Below the pieces are notes generated by a model, which saw nothing but the letters and a program-made list of their open reading frames with translations, ran no database searches and had not been told where the DNA came from. Source: Chloroflexota bacterium (GTDB taxonomy: Bacteria; Chloroflexota; Dehalococcoidia; E44-bin15). From it: a DNA stretch of 64,000 nucleotides. Shown here one piece after another: positions 1 to 10,326 of the stretch. Made by a program: the position numbers and the translations under genes. The DNA is taken from positions 2,109 to 66,108 of the forward strand of contig JAUVVB010000010.1 of the NCBI GenBank assembly GCA_030604825.1. The letters run 5' to 3'. Within the stretch, counting starts at the first letter, position 1; the number at the start of each line of letters is the position of its first letter.

Positions 1-2048
1 TCGATCTGGGAATAGTCGGCACCGAGCAGGAGATGGCCGTCACCGGCAATAAAGGCCTGCCTCACCTGCCTTCCCAGCTCCCCCCTGATGGGGATGTTTT
101 GCAGATTGGGGTCGCTGGAGGAGAGCCGCCCGGTGGTGGTGCCCGTCTGGTTGAAACTGGTATGCACCCTCCCTGTCTGGGGATTGGTCAGGACAGGCAG
201 GGCATCGATATAGGTGGACTTCAGCTTTGTTAGCTGGCGATACTCCAGGAGGGGCTCAATTACGGGGTGAACGCCCCTAAGCCCATCGAGGACGGAGGCA
301 TCGGTGGAATAGCCGCTCTTGGTCTTACGCCCGCCGGGCAGCCTCAGTTCCTCGAAGAGAACAGCCCCCAGTTGCTGGGTTGAATTTATGTTAAATCTAT
401 GGCCAACCAGGTTATAGATCTCCGCCTCGAGCTCTATCATCCTCTGCCCCAGGCCCTGGGACATCGCCCACAGGGAATCCCTATCCAGCGCCACCCCGTT
501 CCTCTCCATGGCCAGGAGCACCGGAACCAGGGGCATCTCCACCCGGGAGAAGAGGTCCCACAGCCCCTCCCCCTTCAGCTCCCCCTCGAGCAGCCCGGCC
601 AGCATCCCGGTGATGTTAGCATCGTCACAGGCATATCGAGCAGCAGTGGCAATATCGACATAGGCCATGGAGATTTGCTTTGCCCCCTTGCCGATGAGGT
701 CGCTGATGGGGGTCATCTCGATGCCCAGCCGGCTGAAGGCAAGGGACTTGAGCCCCAGCGCCTTCTCCCCCAATAGATAGGCGGCGATCATGGTGTCGAA
801 GCTGAGGTTCTTCAGCTCGATGCCATGCTGGGCCAGAACCATCATGTCATACTTCCCATTGTGGGCCACCTTGGCAACCCCCGGATCCTGGATGAGGGGC
901 TTTAGCCCTTCCACAACCTGGGCCAGGGGGAGCTGGGTGCCCATACTATGCCCTACAGGCACATAGCAGGCCCTGCCCTGCTGCCAAGATATGGAGATGC
1001 CCACCAGCCCGGCATGCATAGGATGCCTGCCCGTGGTCTCAACGTCGATGACGAAGGATGGGACGGCGGATAGCTTCTCCACCAGCCCCTCCAGAGCCTC
1101 GGGGGTGTCCACAATGTGGTAATCCCTTTCCAGCACCTCCTTGGGCACCCTTTCCCCCTCCATCTCCAGCCCCTGGAGCTTTGGCAGAAGGGTGGTGAAC
1201 TCCAGTTCCCGGAAGAACTCCACCACCCTCTCCCGATCGAAGGCGGAGATGGCACAGGCATCCAGGTCCAGGGTGATGGGGACATCGGCGACGATAGTGG
1301 CCAGCCTCTTGCTTTGCTGCGCCTTTTTTTCGCCCTCTCTCAGTGCCTGCTGCACCTTTGGCGGGGCTACCTCATCGATATGGGCGTATATTTCCTCGAT
1401 GGTGTCAAACTGCTGAAGCAGCTTCGCCGCCGTCTTCTCGCCGATCCCCGAGACGCCGGGAATGTTGTCCGTGGCATCTCCTTTCAACCCCTTGAGGTCG
1501 GCGATTCGGGGGGGAGGGATGCCATATCTCTCCATCACCCTTTGCTCATCGTAGACCACGGTGTCGCTGAAGGGCCTGCCCGGCCTGGGGGTAAGCACCC
1601 TCACCCTGGGGGAAACTAACTGCAAGGTATCCAGGTCCCCGCTGACGACAATGGTATCGATCCCCTGGGCGCTGGCCTGGCGGCAAAGGGTCCCCAGGAT
1701 ATCGTCGGCCTCATAGCCCTCCACCTCAAAGAGGGGGATATGAAATGCCTGCACCAACTGGCGCACCCGCTTAAACTGATCCCTTAGCTCATCAGGAGCG
1801 GGGGGACGCTGCGCCTTATAGGGCTCGAACTCCTTATGCCTGAAGGTGGGTGCCGGATAGTCGAAGGCGATGGCATAATGGGTAGGCCTGAGCTCGGCGA
1901 GCACCTTTAGCACCATGCTGGCAAAGCCATAGACCGCCCCCGTCATCTCCCCCGTCTTGGTTACCGCCAGCGGGGGCAGGGCATGAAAGGCGCGATGCAC
2001 CAGCGCATTGCCATCGAACAGCAAGAGCAATGGCTTTTTTTCGACCAC
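1..2048 (-). CDS. polA: DNA polymerase I (3' part runs off the window)
   Basis: Reverse strand from GTG at 2048 reads VVEKKPLLLLFDGNALVHRAFHALPPL, then YEADD and GDATDNIPGV (5'-3' exonuclease), DVETTG (3'-5' exo) and ADYSQIE (polymerase motif A) at the window edge. Missing from the ORF track because it has no stop in the window. Confidence 0.95.
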   Translation of the reverse strand, partial: MVEKKPLLLLFDGNALVHRAFHALPPLAVTKTGEMTGAVYGFASMVLKVLAELRPTHYAIAFDYPAPTFRHKEFEPYKAQRPPAPDELRDQFKRVRQLVQAFHIPLFEVEGYEADDILGTLCRQASAQGIDTIVVSGDLDTLQLVSPRVRVLTPRPGRPFSDTVVYDEQRVMERYGIPPPRIADLKGLKGDATDNIPGVSGIGEKTAAKLLQQFDTIEEIYAHIDEVAPPKVQQALREGEKKAQQSKRLATIVADVPITLDLDACAISAFDRERVVEFFRELEFTTLLPKLQGLEMEGERVPKEVLERDYHIVDTPEALEGLVEKLSAVPSFVIDVETTGRHPMHAGLVGISISWQQGRACYVPVGHSMGTQLPLAQVVEGLKPLIQDPGVAKVAHNGKYDMMVLAQHGIELKNLSFDTMIAAYLLGEKALGLKSLAFSRLGIEMTPISDLIGKGAKQISMAYVDIATAARYACDDANITGMLAGLLEGELKGEGLWDLFSRVEMPLVPVLLAMERNGVALDRDSLWAMSQGLGQRMIELEAEIYNLVGHRFNINSTQQLGAVLFEELRLPGGRKTKSGYSTDASVLDGLRGVHPVIEPLLEYRQLTKLKSTYIDALPVLTNPQTGRVHTSFNQTGTTTGRLSSSDPNLQNIPIRGELGRQVRQAFIAGDGHLLLGADYSQI

Positions 2049-2161
2049 TTCGTTCCCCTTCAATATCCCTCTCCTCCCCATTATAGCAACTTGTTGGAAA
2101 AAGCAAAACTTGATAGCTTGCTCCCTTATGATGTATCATTACCTAATATCGGGGGAAGGGG

Positions 2162-3052
2162 ATGAAGGGAAAAGACCTGCTCTCCATAGCTGATCTGGAT
2201 TCAGGGGAAATCCACGGCCTGATCGATAGCGCCATCACGTTGAAGCGGGGTGGAAGGAAAGCCCTCCTGGAGGGCAAAATGCTGGCCCTCATCTTCGAGA
2301 AGCCCTCCCTGCGCACCAGGGTGAGCTTTGATGTTGCCATGAAGCAGCTGGGAGGGGATACCATCTACCTCTCCCAAGCTGAGGTAGGACTGGGACAGCG
2401 GGAGCCCATATCCGATGTGGCTCGGGTGCTCAGCCGCTACGTGGATGGAATCGTGGCCCGAACCTTCTCCCACCAAAGCGTGGAGCTTCTGGCCCAATAT
2501 GCCTCCGTCCCGGTGATAAACGGCCTCTCCGACGAGGAGCACCCCTGCCAGGTTCTTTCGGATCTCTTGACCATCTATGAAAAGAAAGGCACACTGGAAG
2601 GTTTGATCGTCACCTATATTGGGGATGCCAATAACGTTGCCAACAGCCTGCTGCTGGCAGCATCCATAATGGGGATGGATTTCAGGATCGCCTCCCCCCA
2701 AGGCTATGGGCCTGCCGAGAAATTCCTGGTCCAGGGCCGAAAAACCCTGTTGACGCAGGACCCGAAACAGGCTGCCCGGGATGCCGATGTGGTCTATACC
2801 GATGTCTGGACCAGCATGGGGCAGGAGGCGGAGGCGGAGCGTCGCCGGATGGCTTTTTCGGGCTATCAGGTAGATAGCAGGCTTTTGTCGCTGGCAAAAG
2901 GGGAAGCCATCTTTATGCACCCGCTGCCGGCACATCATGGGGAGGAGATAGCGGAGGGGCTCCTGGAACTACCCCAGTCGGTGGTCTTCGACCAGGCGGA
3001 GAACCGGCTCCACATGCAAAAGGCGATCTTGGTGAAACTTCTAGGGGTATAA
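2162..3052 (+). CDS. argF: ornithine carbamoyltransferase
   Basis: FEKPSLRTR, HPCQ, DVWTSMG, HPLP and DQAENR motifs. Confidence 0.95.
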   Translation: MKGKDLLSIADLDSGEIHGLIDSAITLKRGGRKALLEGKMLALIFEKPSLRTRVSFDVAMKQLGGDTIYLSQAEVGLGQREPISDVARVLSRYVDGIVARTFSHQSVELLAQYASVPVINGLSDEEHPCQVLSDLLTIYEKKGTLEGLIVTYIGDANNVANSLLLAASIMGMDFRIASPQGYGPAEKFLVQGRKTLLTQDPKQAARDADVVYTDVWTSMGQEAEAERRRMAFSGYQVDSRLLSLAKGEAIFMHPLPAHHGEEIAEGLLELPQSVVFDQAENRLHMQKAILVKLLGV

Positions 3053-3066
3053 ATAGGGGTATAAAG

Positions 3067-4557
3067 ATGTGGGAAAAGGTAGGAGTCAAGATCGCCTGCG
3101 GAGTGTTTAGAACTCTTTGGGGCAAGCTGAAATCCGTCCTGGGTGGGAAAAGGGTGAAGATTACTGCCCGCGAAGTTGAAATCCCTGTCCCTGGAGGACG
3201 AAGCATCAAATATTCTGAGAGGATAACGGAAGTTCCTCTTAGTAAGGAAACAATTAGCCTTGTCGACGGTGGTGTTGAGTCGATACTGACTTCCCCAGCC
3301 ACAGCGGACGCGATTTCAAAGGTGCTTGGCCAAGCCGGGGCGAAGGAACTAGAAAAGCCCAAGGTGAGGGAGAAGAGGATAAAGCAAAGGGAAGATGTGG
3401 AGAGACTTGTGGAAGCTCCTCAGGTCAAAGCCTTGCCCGACAAGGAAAAGCTGCTATTTACGCTCTTCGCCTTTGTTGCTTATGGAGATAAGAGCTTCCA
3501 CTCCGATGCTTTCTGCGAAGCCGAGAATGCCTATCGAGAAGCCTACGAATTTGCCAAAAAGCTCGATGACAAACCCCTTCAGGGTATTTGCCTTAATCTT
3601 ATTGGCACGGCTATAGGTAATCAGCGTAGGGATGAAGAAGCGCTGCCTCTCTTCGAGGAAGCGCTAACGCTCAAATCCGACCTTGCCGAGGCTTGGTATA
3701 ACAAAGGGGTGTCGCTTCTTAGGCTTAAGCGATATGAGAAAGCCACCGTATGCTTTGATAAGGTGATAAGGCTCAAGCCTAACGATGCCGACGCGTGGCA
3801 TGGCAAAGGGGCAGCGCTTTTTGAGCTTGAGCGCTATGAGGAAGCCATCGCATGCTTTGGTGAGGCGATAAGGCTCGAGCCCGACCTTGCCGAGGCTTGG
3901 TATAACAAAGGCACAGCGCTTGCTGGGCTTGAGCGATATGAGGAAGCCATCTCCTGCTTCGATGAGGCGATAAGGCTTGACCCTGATTTTGCCATGGCTT
4001 GGTGTAATAAAGGCGTGGCGCTTAGCAGGCTTGAGCAATGCAAGGACGCCATTCCCTGCTTGGATGAGGCGATAAAGCTCGACCCCGATGATGCCGAGGC
4101 TTGGTATAACAAAGGCACAGCACTTATTGGGCTTGAGCGAGAAGAGGAAGCTATCCCTTGCTTTGATGAGGCGACAAGGCTTAACCCTGACCTTGGTAGC
4201 GCCTGGGCCATGAAAGGGCTGGCGCTGTTCCAGCTTGACCAAGACAAAGAGGCCAAGCAGAGCTTTGAGAAAGCTCTGCCTTTGAGAGATCAACTTCCAG
4301 ATAATGGCATGTCGGTCTTTAACGCTTTAACTTTCCTCATTTTGATGGAGGGGCTGGAGAGCGTTGCCTCAAATGATATAGAAGAAGCTAAGGAGAGAGC
4401 TTCAGAGCTTGCGCAACTGAGGAAAGAGGCGGAGAAAGATAACATGGCTCAGGTGGTCCATCAAGCAAGGGCAGAGTTTAAAGGGATGCTTTCTAAGGGA
4501 CAACTCAAAGGATTTCGCAAGCTTGAAAAGATACTAAGGGAAGTGGAAGAGCCATGA
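3067..4557 (+). CDS. tetratricopeptide repeat protein (about 7-8 TPRs)
   Basis: Repeated AEAWYNKG..L..LERYEEAI.CFDEAIRL.PD 34-aa units; visibly AT-richer than flanks; stop overlaps der start (ATGA). Confidence 0.9.
   Translation: MWEKVGVKIACGVFRTLWGKLKSVLGGKRVKITAREVEIPVPGGRSIKYSERITEVPLSKETISLVDGGVESILTSPATADAISKVLGQAGAKELEKPKVREKRIKQREDVERLVEAPQVKALPDKEKLLFTLFAFVAYGDKSFHSDAFCEAENAYREAYEFAKKLDDKPLQGICLNLIGTAIGNQRRDEEALPLFEEALTLKSDLAEAWYNKGVSLLRLKRYEKATVCFDKVIRLKPNDADAWHGKGAALFELERYEEAIACFGEAIRLEPDLAEAWYNKGTALAGLERYEEAISCFDEAIRLDPDFAMAWCNKGVALSRLEQCKDAIPCLDEAIKLDPDDAEAWYNKGTALIGLEREEEAIPCFDEATRLNPDLGSAWAMKGLALFQLDQDKEAKQSFEKALPLRDQLPDNGMSVFNALTFLILMEGLESVASNDIEEAKERASELAQLRKEAEKDNMAQVVHQARAEFKGMLSKGQLKGFRKLEKILREVEEP
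3680..4230 (+). repeat. 102-bp-period degenerate tandem repeats encoding TPR units
   Basis: gccgaggcttggtataacaaagg recurs at about 3686, 3890 and 4094 (204-bp spacing), with degenerate copies in between. Confidence 0.85.
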
Positions 4558-5867
4558 CCAAGCCCATCGTTGCCATAATGGGCAGGCCAAACGTGGGCAA
4601 GTCCACCCTGTTCAATCGCCTGGTGGGAAAGCCGATGGCCATCACCGAGCACACCCCCGGCACCACCAGGGATCGCCTCTATGCCGACATCGTCTGGAGG
4701 GACTCCAGCCTCACCCTCATCGATACCGGCGGCCTGTTTCCCACCCCACCATCGGAGCTGGCCCACAGGGTGAAGGAGCAGGTGCAGGTAGCCATGGATG
4801 AGGCCGATGTAATCATCTTCCTGGTGGATGTAGTGGACGGGGCAACCGTTATGGACAAGGAGATCGCCGAAACCCTGCGCCGCTCGGGAAAGCCGGTAAT
4901 GCTTGCCGTCAACAAGGCCGATAACGAGCAGCGCCGCCAGGAAGCGCTTCAGTTCTACGAGCTTGCCATGGGAGACCCCCTTCCCATCAGCGCCTATCAC
5001 AACATCGGCGTGGACCAGCTGCTCGATATGGTAGTGGAAAATCTCCCCTTCTTCCCCCCTGAGGAGGAGCTGGAGATGATGAAGGTTGCCATTGTGGGTC
5101 GCCCCAATGTGGGAAAGTCCATGCTCCTCAACGCCATCCTGAGGCAGGAGCGGGCCATCGTCACCGATACCCCGGGCACCACCAGGGATGCCCTGGACAC
5201 CATTTTTGAGTATAATGGCCAGCGTATGCTCCTCATCGATACCGCTGGCATTCGGAGGAGGGGAAAGGTTGAGGTGGGCATCGAGCGCTACAGCGTGGCC
5301 AGGGCGCTGCGCGCCATCAGCCGAGCCGATGTTGCCCTGCTCATCACCGAGGCCACCGAGGCCATCACCGCTCAGGATACCCACATCGCCGGCTACATCC
5401 AGGAGGCGTTCAAGGGGATGGTGCTGGTGGTTAATAAATGGGACCTGGTAGAGGAGATGGCGGACCGCTCCCAGTGGACCAGGGAGACCCGGCAACGGCT
5501 CAGGTTCATGCCTTACGTGCCCATCCTTTTCATCTCCGCCAAATACGGCAGGGGAATAGACGATGTTCTCAACGCAGCCAGGGAAATCTTCGAGGAGCGA
5601 CAGAAGCGCGTCGCCACCGCCCTGCTAAATAGCGTCATCCGCGATGCGGTGGATACCCATGCCCCCCCTTCAGTGAGGGGCAAAAGGCTTAAAATCCTTT
5701 ACGCCACCCAGGCGGAGATAAATCCCCCCACATTCGTCTTATTCATCAACGATCCCACCCTGATGCACTTCTCCTATCAGCGCTACCTGGAGAACAGGCT
5801 GCGCCAGGACTTTGGCTTTAAGGGAACGCCACTGCGCCTCATCTTCAAGAGAAGGGGTGAAAGGTGA
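4554..5867 (+). CDS. der: ribosome biogenesis GTPase Der (EngA)
   Basis: Two GRPNVGKS P-loops, PGTTRD twice, DTGG/DTAG, NKAD/NKWD, C-terminal KH-like domain. Confidence 0.97.
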   Translation: MTKPIVAIMGRPNVGKSTLFNRLVGKPMAITEHTPGTTRDRLYADIVWRDSSLTLIDTGGLFPTPPSELAHRVKEQVQVAMDEADVIIFLVDVVDGATVMDKEIAETLRRSGKPVMLAVNKADNEQRRQEALQFYELAMGDPLPISAYHNIGVDQLLDMVVENLPFFPPEEELEMMKVAIVGRPNVGKSMLLNAILRQERAIVTDTPGTTRDALDTIFEYNGQRMLLIDTAGIRRRGKVEVGIERYSVARALRAISRADVALLITEATEAITAQDTHIAGYIQEAFKGMVLVVNKWDLVEEMADRSQWTRETRQRLRFMPYVPILFISAKYGRGIDDVLNAAREIFEERQKRVATALLNSVIRDAVDTHAPPSVRGKRLKILYATQAEINPPTFVLFINDPTLMHFSYQRYLENRLRQDFGFKGTPLRLIFKRRGER

Positions 5868-6490
5868 TCGTTCTCAAGTTTATCGGCATCGTCCTTCTGG
5901 GCTATCTCATCGGCGCCATCCCTTTTGGCGTCATCGCGGGAAGGCTGACTCGGGGCATCGATGTGAGGCAATATGGCAGTGGCAGCATGGGGGCGACCAA
6001 CGTATTGCGCACCATTGGCGCCCGGGCAGGCATCCTGGTCTTCGTGGCCGACGTGGCAAAGGGGGCAGCGGCGGTGGCCCTGGCCTGGCTCATTTTCGCC
6101 TCATCGCCCCATGTGGCCTGGGGTCAGGTGGCCGGGGGGGCGGCAGCCGTCATCGGGCATAGCTGGCCCATATATGTCAAATTCCAGGGCGGGCGCGGCG
6201 TGACCACCGGCCTGGGCGCTCTGATGACGATGCTCTGGCCGGTAGCTCTCATCTGCCTCGCCATCTTCGCCATCGTTTTGGGGTTATCCCGCTATGTCTC
6301 CCTAGGCTCCATGCTGGCAGCCTCGGCAGCGATAGTGTTCACCATCCCCTTCATTATCCTGGGGGAGGAACCTTTTGCCTACCTGGTTTATGGATTGGTT
6401 GTGGTACCCATAGTGCTCTTTCGCCATCGGGGAAACATTCAACGGCTAATTTGCGGAGGAGAGCCAAGGATAGGCAGGACAAGCCCATGA
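5864..6490 (+). CDS. plsY: glycerol-3-phosphate acyltransferase PlsY
   Basis: GYLIGAIPFG, GSGSMGATNVLR, GHSWP..FQGGRGV and HRGNI motifs; der-plsY-gpsA synteny. Confidence 0.95.
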   Translation: MIVLKFIGIVLLGYLIGAIPFGVIAGRLTRGIDVRQYGSGSMGATNVLRTIGARAGILVFVADVAKGAAAVALAWLIFASSPHVAWGQVAGGAAAVIGHSWPIYVKFQGGRGVTTGLGALMTMLWPVALICLAIFAIVLGLSRYVSLGSMLAASAAIVFTIPFIILGEEPFAYLVYGLVVVPIVLFRHRGNIQRLICGGEPRIGRTSP

Positions 6491-7473
6491 AGGTCGCCAT
6501 CATCGGCACCACCGGCTGGGGGACAACCCTGGGGATAATGCTCGGCCGAAGGGACATGGAGGTCGCCCTGTGGGCCAGAACCAGGGAGGAGGCTGAAAGG
6601 CTGGACAGGGAGAGGGAGAACGCCCAGCGCCTGCCTGGCGTTCGCCTTCCCCAAAACCTATCCCCCACCGCCTCCATAGCGGAAGCGCTCCAAGGCGCCT
6701 CGTTGGTTATCCTCGCCGTGCCCTCCCAGGAGATGAGGGCCAATGTCCGGCTTTTGAAGGAGCACGTCGATGAATCGATGCCCATCCTGAGCGCTGCCAA
6801 AGGGCTGGAGCTGGGAACGGCAAAAAGGATGAGCCAGGTGATCGCCGAGGAGCTCGGGCCGGCGCACAGGTCAAATATCTGTGTGCTCTCCGGGCCAAAC
6901 CTATCCCGGGAGATCGTTCAAGGTTTGCCAGCATCAACGGTGGTCGCCGCAGAGGATACGTCACTGGCGGAAAGGGTTAAACGGATAATGAGCTCGCCAA
7001 CCTTCCAGGTTTATACCAGCGACGACGTGGTGGGGGTTGAACTGGGGGGAGCGCTTAAGAACATCATCGCCCTGGGCGCAGGCATGGCCGATGGGCTGGG
7101 CTATGGCAACAATGCCAAGGCTGCCTATATGGCGCAAGGCCTTACCGAGATCACCCGCCTCGGGGTTGCCGCCGGGGCAAGCCCCATCACCTTCATTGGG
7201 CTTTCTTGCCTGGGGGACCTGCTGGCCACTTGCTCCAGCCCGCTGAGCCGAAATCACACCCTGGGGGAAGGGTTAGCCCAGGGACGCTCCCTGGAGGAGA
7301 TAAAGGCCTCTATGGGAAGCGTTGTCGAGGGGGTTGCCACCACCGCTGCCGCCCGCCAGATGGCCCGAGAGCTGGGGGTGGAGATGCCCATCACCGAGCA
7401 GATCTACCGCGTGCTCTTTGAAGGCGAGAGTCCCGCCCGGGCGATGGCAGAGCTGATAGGGGAGCAAGGCTAA
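6487..7473 (+). CDS. gpsA: NAD(P)H-dependent glycerol-3-phosphate dehydrogenase
   Basis: Start reassigned to ATG 6487 (MKVAIIGTTGWGTTL); SGPNLSREI, GVELGGALKNIIA, GDLLATC..SRN. Confidence 0.95.
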   Translation: MKVAIIGTTGWGTTLGIMLGRRDMEVALWARTREEAERLDRERENAQRLPGVRLPQNLSPTASIAEALQGASLVILAVPSQEMRANVRLLKEHVDESMPILSAAKGLELGTAKRMSQVIAEELGPAHRSNICVLSGPNLSREIVQGLPASTVVAAEDTSLAERVKRIMSSPTFQVYTSDDVVGVELGGALKNIIALGAGMADGLGYGNNAKAAYMAQGLTEITRLGVAAGASPITFIGLSCLGDLLATCSSPLSRNHTLGEGLAQGRSLEEIKASMGSVVEGVATTAAARQMARELGVEMPITEQIYRVLFEGESPARAMAELIGEQG

Positions 7474-8204
7474 GCGGGGTCCAGTTCCCCAAATTCGTAA
7501 AATACCGCAGTGGCGGCCACCAAGCCTGCGGTCTCCGCCCTGAGAACTCGTCTGCCCAGGGTGATAGGCACCAGGCCACAGCTTCGCGCAATCTCCACCT
7601 CCGCCGGGGAAAAACCCCCTTCAGGACCGATAAAGATGTTCACCGTGAGCGGGCTTTTGCCCGCCAGGGCAGGGCGCAGCCCCATGGCCTCCTCCCCCTC
7701 CCAGGCGAGCAGGGAAAGCCCCTCGGCCGACTCACAGGCCTGGGGAAAAAGGAGCACCGGCATCAGCGAGGGAAGCCTCCCCCGCCCCGATTGCTCCGCC
7801 GCCTCAGCGATGATCCGCTGCCACCGGCCAGACTTCCTCGTGCTCACATCCTTGAGGTGCCCCACCACACAGCGCTCACAGAGCATGGGGACAAAGCCCA
7901 TCACCCCCAGCTCCACCCCCTTCTGCAGGACGACTTCGAATTTATCGCCCTTGAGCAAGGCCTGATAGATGATGACCTTGATCCGCGGCTCCTCGATCAG
8001 CCTCCTCCCCACTACCACCCCTTTCACCCATCCCCTCTTCACCTCCTTCAGCTCCACCTCATATTCCCAGCCACTATTGTCCAGGACGATGATGCGCTCT
8101 CCCTGCCCCAGGCGCAGCACATCCCGTATCTGATGAACCTGATTTCCCTGGATCACCACACCATCCTGGTCTATCCATTCCGCAGGAATGAAAAAGCGGT
8201 GCAT
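7470..8204 (-). CDS. rsmE: 16S rRNA m3U1498 methyltransferase RsmE
   Basis: MHRFF start, HQIRDVLRL, EAAEQSGR, IGPEGGFS, LGRRVLRAETA. Confidence 0.95.
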   Translation of the reverse strand: MHRFFIPAEWIDQDGVVIQGNQVHQIRDVLRLGQGERIIVLDNSGWEYEVELKEVKRGWVKGVVVGRRLIEEPRIKVIIYQALLKGDKFEVVLQKGVELGVMGFVPMLCERCVVGHLKDVSTRKSGRWQRIIAEAAEQSGRGRLPSLMPVLLFPQACESAEGLSLLAWEGEEAMGLRPALAGKSPLTVNIFIGPEGGFSPAEVEIARSCGLVPITLGRRVLRAETAGLVAATAVFYEFGELDPA

Positions 8205-8218
8205 AACAGAACTCAACT

Positions 8219-9076
8219 TTACCCAACCTGGGCCACTATGGCTCGCCACCTATCCTCGGCCAGGACCTCTATTGTCTTAGCCCCCGCATCCCCAAGCCTT
8301 TCGCCCACCCCTTGAAGCCGGTCTTCAGCGATGCCACCAGCGATGAGAATGCCCCCTGCCTTGAGGCAGAGCGCCAGGGGATGGGAAAGCTCCTCGATGA
8401 CATCGGCAGTGATATTGGCCACCACGAGGTCAAACCTCGCATCGAGGGGAAGGGTCCCCTCCTCAACGGTTACCAGGTGAGCCACTCCATTGGCCTGGAT
8501 GTTTCCCTTCGCCACCGTCACCGCCGTGGGGTTGATGTCCACGGCCTGAACCGATGATGCCTCCAGCTTTGCCGCCGCTATAGCCAGAATCCCCGAGCCC
8601 GTCCCCAGGTCGAGCACCGCCATCCCCGGCCGAAGATATCGCTCCAGGGCCAACAGGCATAGCCTGGTGGTGGCATGCTCCCCGCTGCCAAAGGCCATCC
8701 CCGGGTCAAGCTCGATGACCACCTCGCCTGGCTTGGCCTTATAATCCTCCCAGGCCGGCTTTATCACCAGGCGCGCCCCCACCCTGAAGGTCTTGAAGTG
8801 CTTCCTCCAGGCGGTCTCCCATTCCTGCTCCTCGAATTCGCATTGGGAAAGCTCCACGGGACCTTTAAGCGCCAAGGAGGCCAGGGCCTGCTCAAGCTCC
8901 AGCCTCCTCTTGGGAAGGGAGATATCAACGGGAAGAAATATCTTGACTATGGCTTTTGCATCGGGGATGAGCTCCTGCTCTATGGCAACGCCGCCGTGGC
9001 CAAAGCCACCAAATACCTCCGCCACCAGCTCAGCATCGCCGGCCTGAACCTGGGCAGATAATTCAAGCCACCTCAT
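8219..9076 (-). CDS. prmA: 50S ribosomal protein L11 methyltransferase
   Basis: LDPGMAFGSGEHATT, LDLGTGSGILAI, VANI; follows dnaJ. Confidence 0.95.
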   Translation of the reverse strand: MRWLELSAQVQAGDAELVAEVFGGFGHGGVAIEQELIPDAKAIVKIFLPVDISLPKRRLELEQALASLALKGPVELSQCEFEEQEWETAWRKHFKTFRVGARLVIKPAWEDYKAKPGEVVIELDPGMAFGSGEHATTRLCLLALERYLRPGMAVLDLGTGSGILAIAAAKLEASSVQAVDINPTAVTVAKGNIQANGVAHLVTVEEGTLPLDARFDLVVANITADVIEELSHPLALCLKAGGILIAGGIAEDRLQGVGERLGDAGAKTIEVLAEDRWRAIVAQVG

Positions 9077-9084
9077 CGCCTATT

Positions 9085-10200
9085 TTAGCTGCCGAAGGCA
9101 TCCCTTATGCGGTGTAAAAATCCCTTTTCGCCCTCGGGCATACTGGCCTCTCCCAGGCTTTCTGCCAGCTCCTGGAAAAGCCTTCTCTGGCGCTCATCCA
9201 GCGAGGTGGGGGTGATCACGTGAGCTATTACGACCTGATCACCCCTTCCCCCTCCCCTGAGATGAGGTACCCCCTTCTCCTTGAGGCGAAATAGCTTTCC
9301 CATTTGGGTTCCCGGCGGAATCTTGAGGGTAACCGGGCTATCTACCGTAGGCACCTCCACCTCAGCCCCCAGGGCCGCCTGGGCGAAGTTGATGGGCAGG
9401 TCATAGATGATGTCATCCCCCCTGCGCTGGAAGAAGGGATGCTCCTCAACCGAGAGGGCGATATAAAGGTTCCCCGCACCCGCACCCCAGCTCCCCGCGT
9501 TGCCCTCCCCGCTGAGGCGAATCTGGGAGCCATCGTCTACCCCGGCCGGGATGCGAACCGAGATGCGGCGCTGCCTTCTCTCCTTTCCCGAGCCGCGGCA
9601 ATGATGACAGGGATGGGTGATGATCCTGCCATCACCGCCACAGCGGTCGCAGGGGGTGACGTTGACAAAGCGCCCAAAGATGCTGCGCTGCACCCGGCGC
9701 AACTGCCCCGTCCCGTTGCACTGGGGACACCTTGAGGGCTGGCTTCCCGGCTCGCTGCCCACCCCATGACACTGGGAGCAGTTCTCGATGCGCTCAACCT
9801 CGATCTCCCTTTCGCAGCCGAAAACCGCCTCCTCAAAGGAGATGGAAAGGGAATAGCGAAGGTCAGCACCCTGCTGTGGGCCGCGCCGGGCGGCGGTGGT
9901 GGCGCCACCGAAGAAGCTATCGAAGATATCGCCAAATCCCCGGAAGATGTCGAAGTCCTCAAAGCCTCGACCAAAGCCCTCCCCCACGTGCCTGAAGCGA
10001 TCGTAGTTCGCCCTCTTTTCGGGGTCGGAGAGCACCTCATAGGCCTCGTTGAGCTCCTTGAACCTCTCCTCAGCCCCATCCGCCTTATTGCGGTCGGGGT
10101 GGTGCTGAAAGGCGAGCTTCCTGAAGGCCCGCTTTATCTCCTCCGCCGAGGCCGACCGATCTAGGCCTAAAACCTCATAATAATCTCTTTTGGCAGCCAT
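9085..10200 (-). CDS. dnaJ: chaperone DnaJ
   Basis: J-domain with HPD, G/F region, four CxxCxGxG repeats. Confidence 0.97.
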   Translation of the reverse strand: MAAKRDYYEVLGLDRSASAEEIKRAFRKLAFQHHPDRNKADGAEERFKELNEAYEVLSDPEKRANYDRFRHVGEGFGRGFEDFDIFRGFGDIFDSFFGGATTAARRGPQQGADLRYSLSISFEEAVFGCEREIEVERIENCSQCHGVGSEPGSQPSRCPQCNGTGQLRRVQRSIFGRFVNVTPCDRCGGDGRIITHPCHHCRGSGKERRQRRISVRIPAGVDDGSQIRLSGEGNAGSWGAGAGNLYIALSVEEHPFFQRRGDDIIYDLPINFAQAALGAEVEVPTVDSPVTLKIPPGTQMGKLFRLKEKGVPHLRGGGRGDQVVIAHVITPTSLDERQRRLFQELAESLGEASMPEGEKGFLHRIRDAFGS

Positions 10201-10231
10201 GCTTCAAATTCCGGGCGCAACTTAACATTCT

Positions 10232-10260
10232 ATTATAATCGAGCTTTTAGCACATGGCAA
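10232..10260 (-). promoter_or_regulatory. sigma70-type promoter for dnaJ
   Basis: Minus strand TTGCCA-17 bp-TATAAT. Confidence 0.6.
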
Positions 10261-10281
10261 GCTTTCATATCTATCCCCAAC

Positions 10282-10314
10282 AAAAAAAGGGCGGGGTCCT
10301 TCCCGCCCTTTTTC
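10282..10314 (-). terminator. intrinsic terminator after dnaK
   Basis: aaaaaaagggcggg-gtcctt-cccgcccttttt hairpin with A/T tracts on both sides. Confidence 0.8.
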
Positions 10315-10326
10315 CAAAGCCTTACC

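Noticed and set aside
33-2193. Short ORFs listed in the first 2 kb
   Set aside because: Shadows of polA on the minus strand
3680-4230. Regularly spaced 23-bp repeats as a CRISPR array
   Set aside because: They are in-frame coding TPR repeats with a 102/204-bp period
10247-10253. TTAGCAC half-CIRCE upstream of dnaJ (also near 62974)
   Set aside because: No second arm; it falls within promoter sequences
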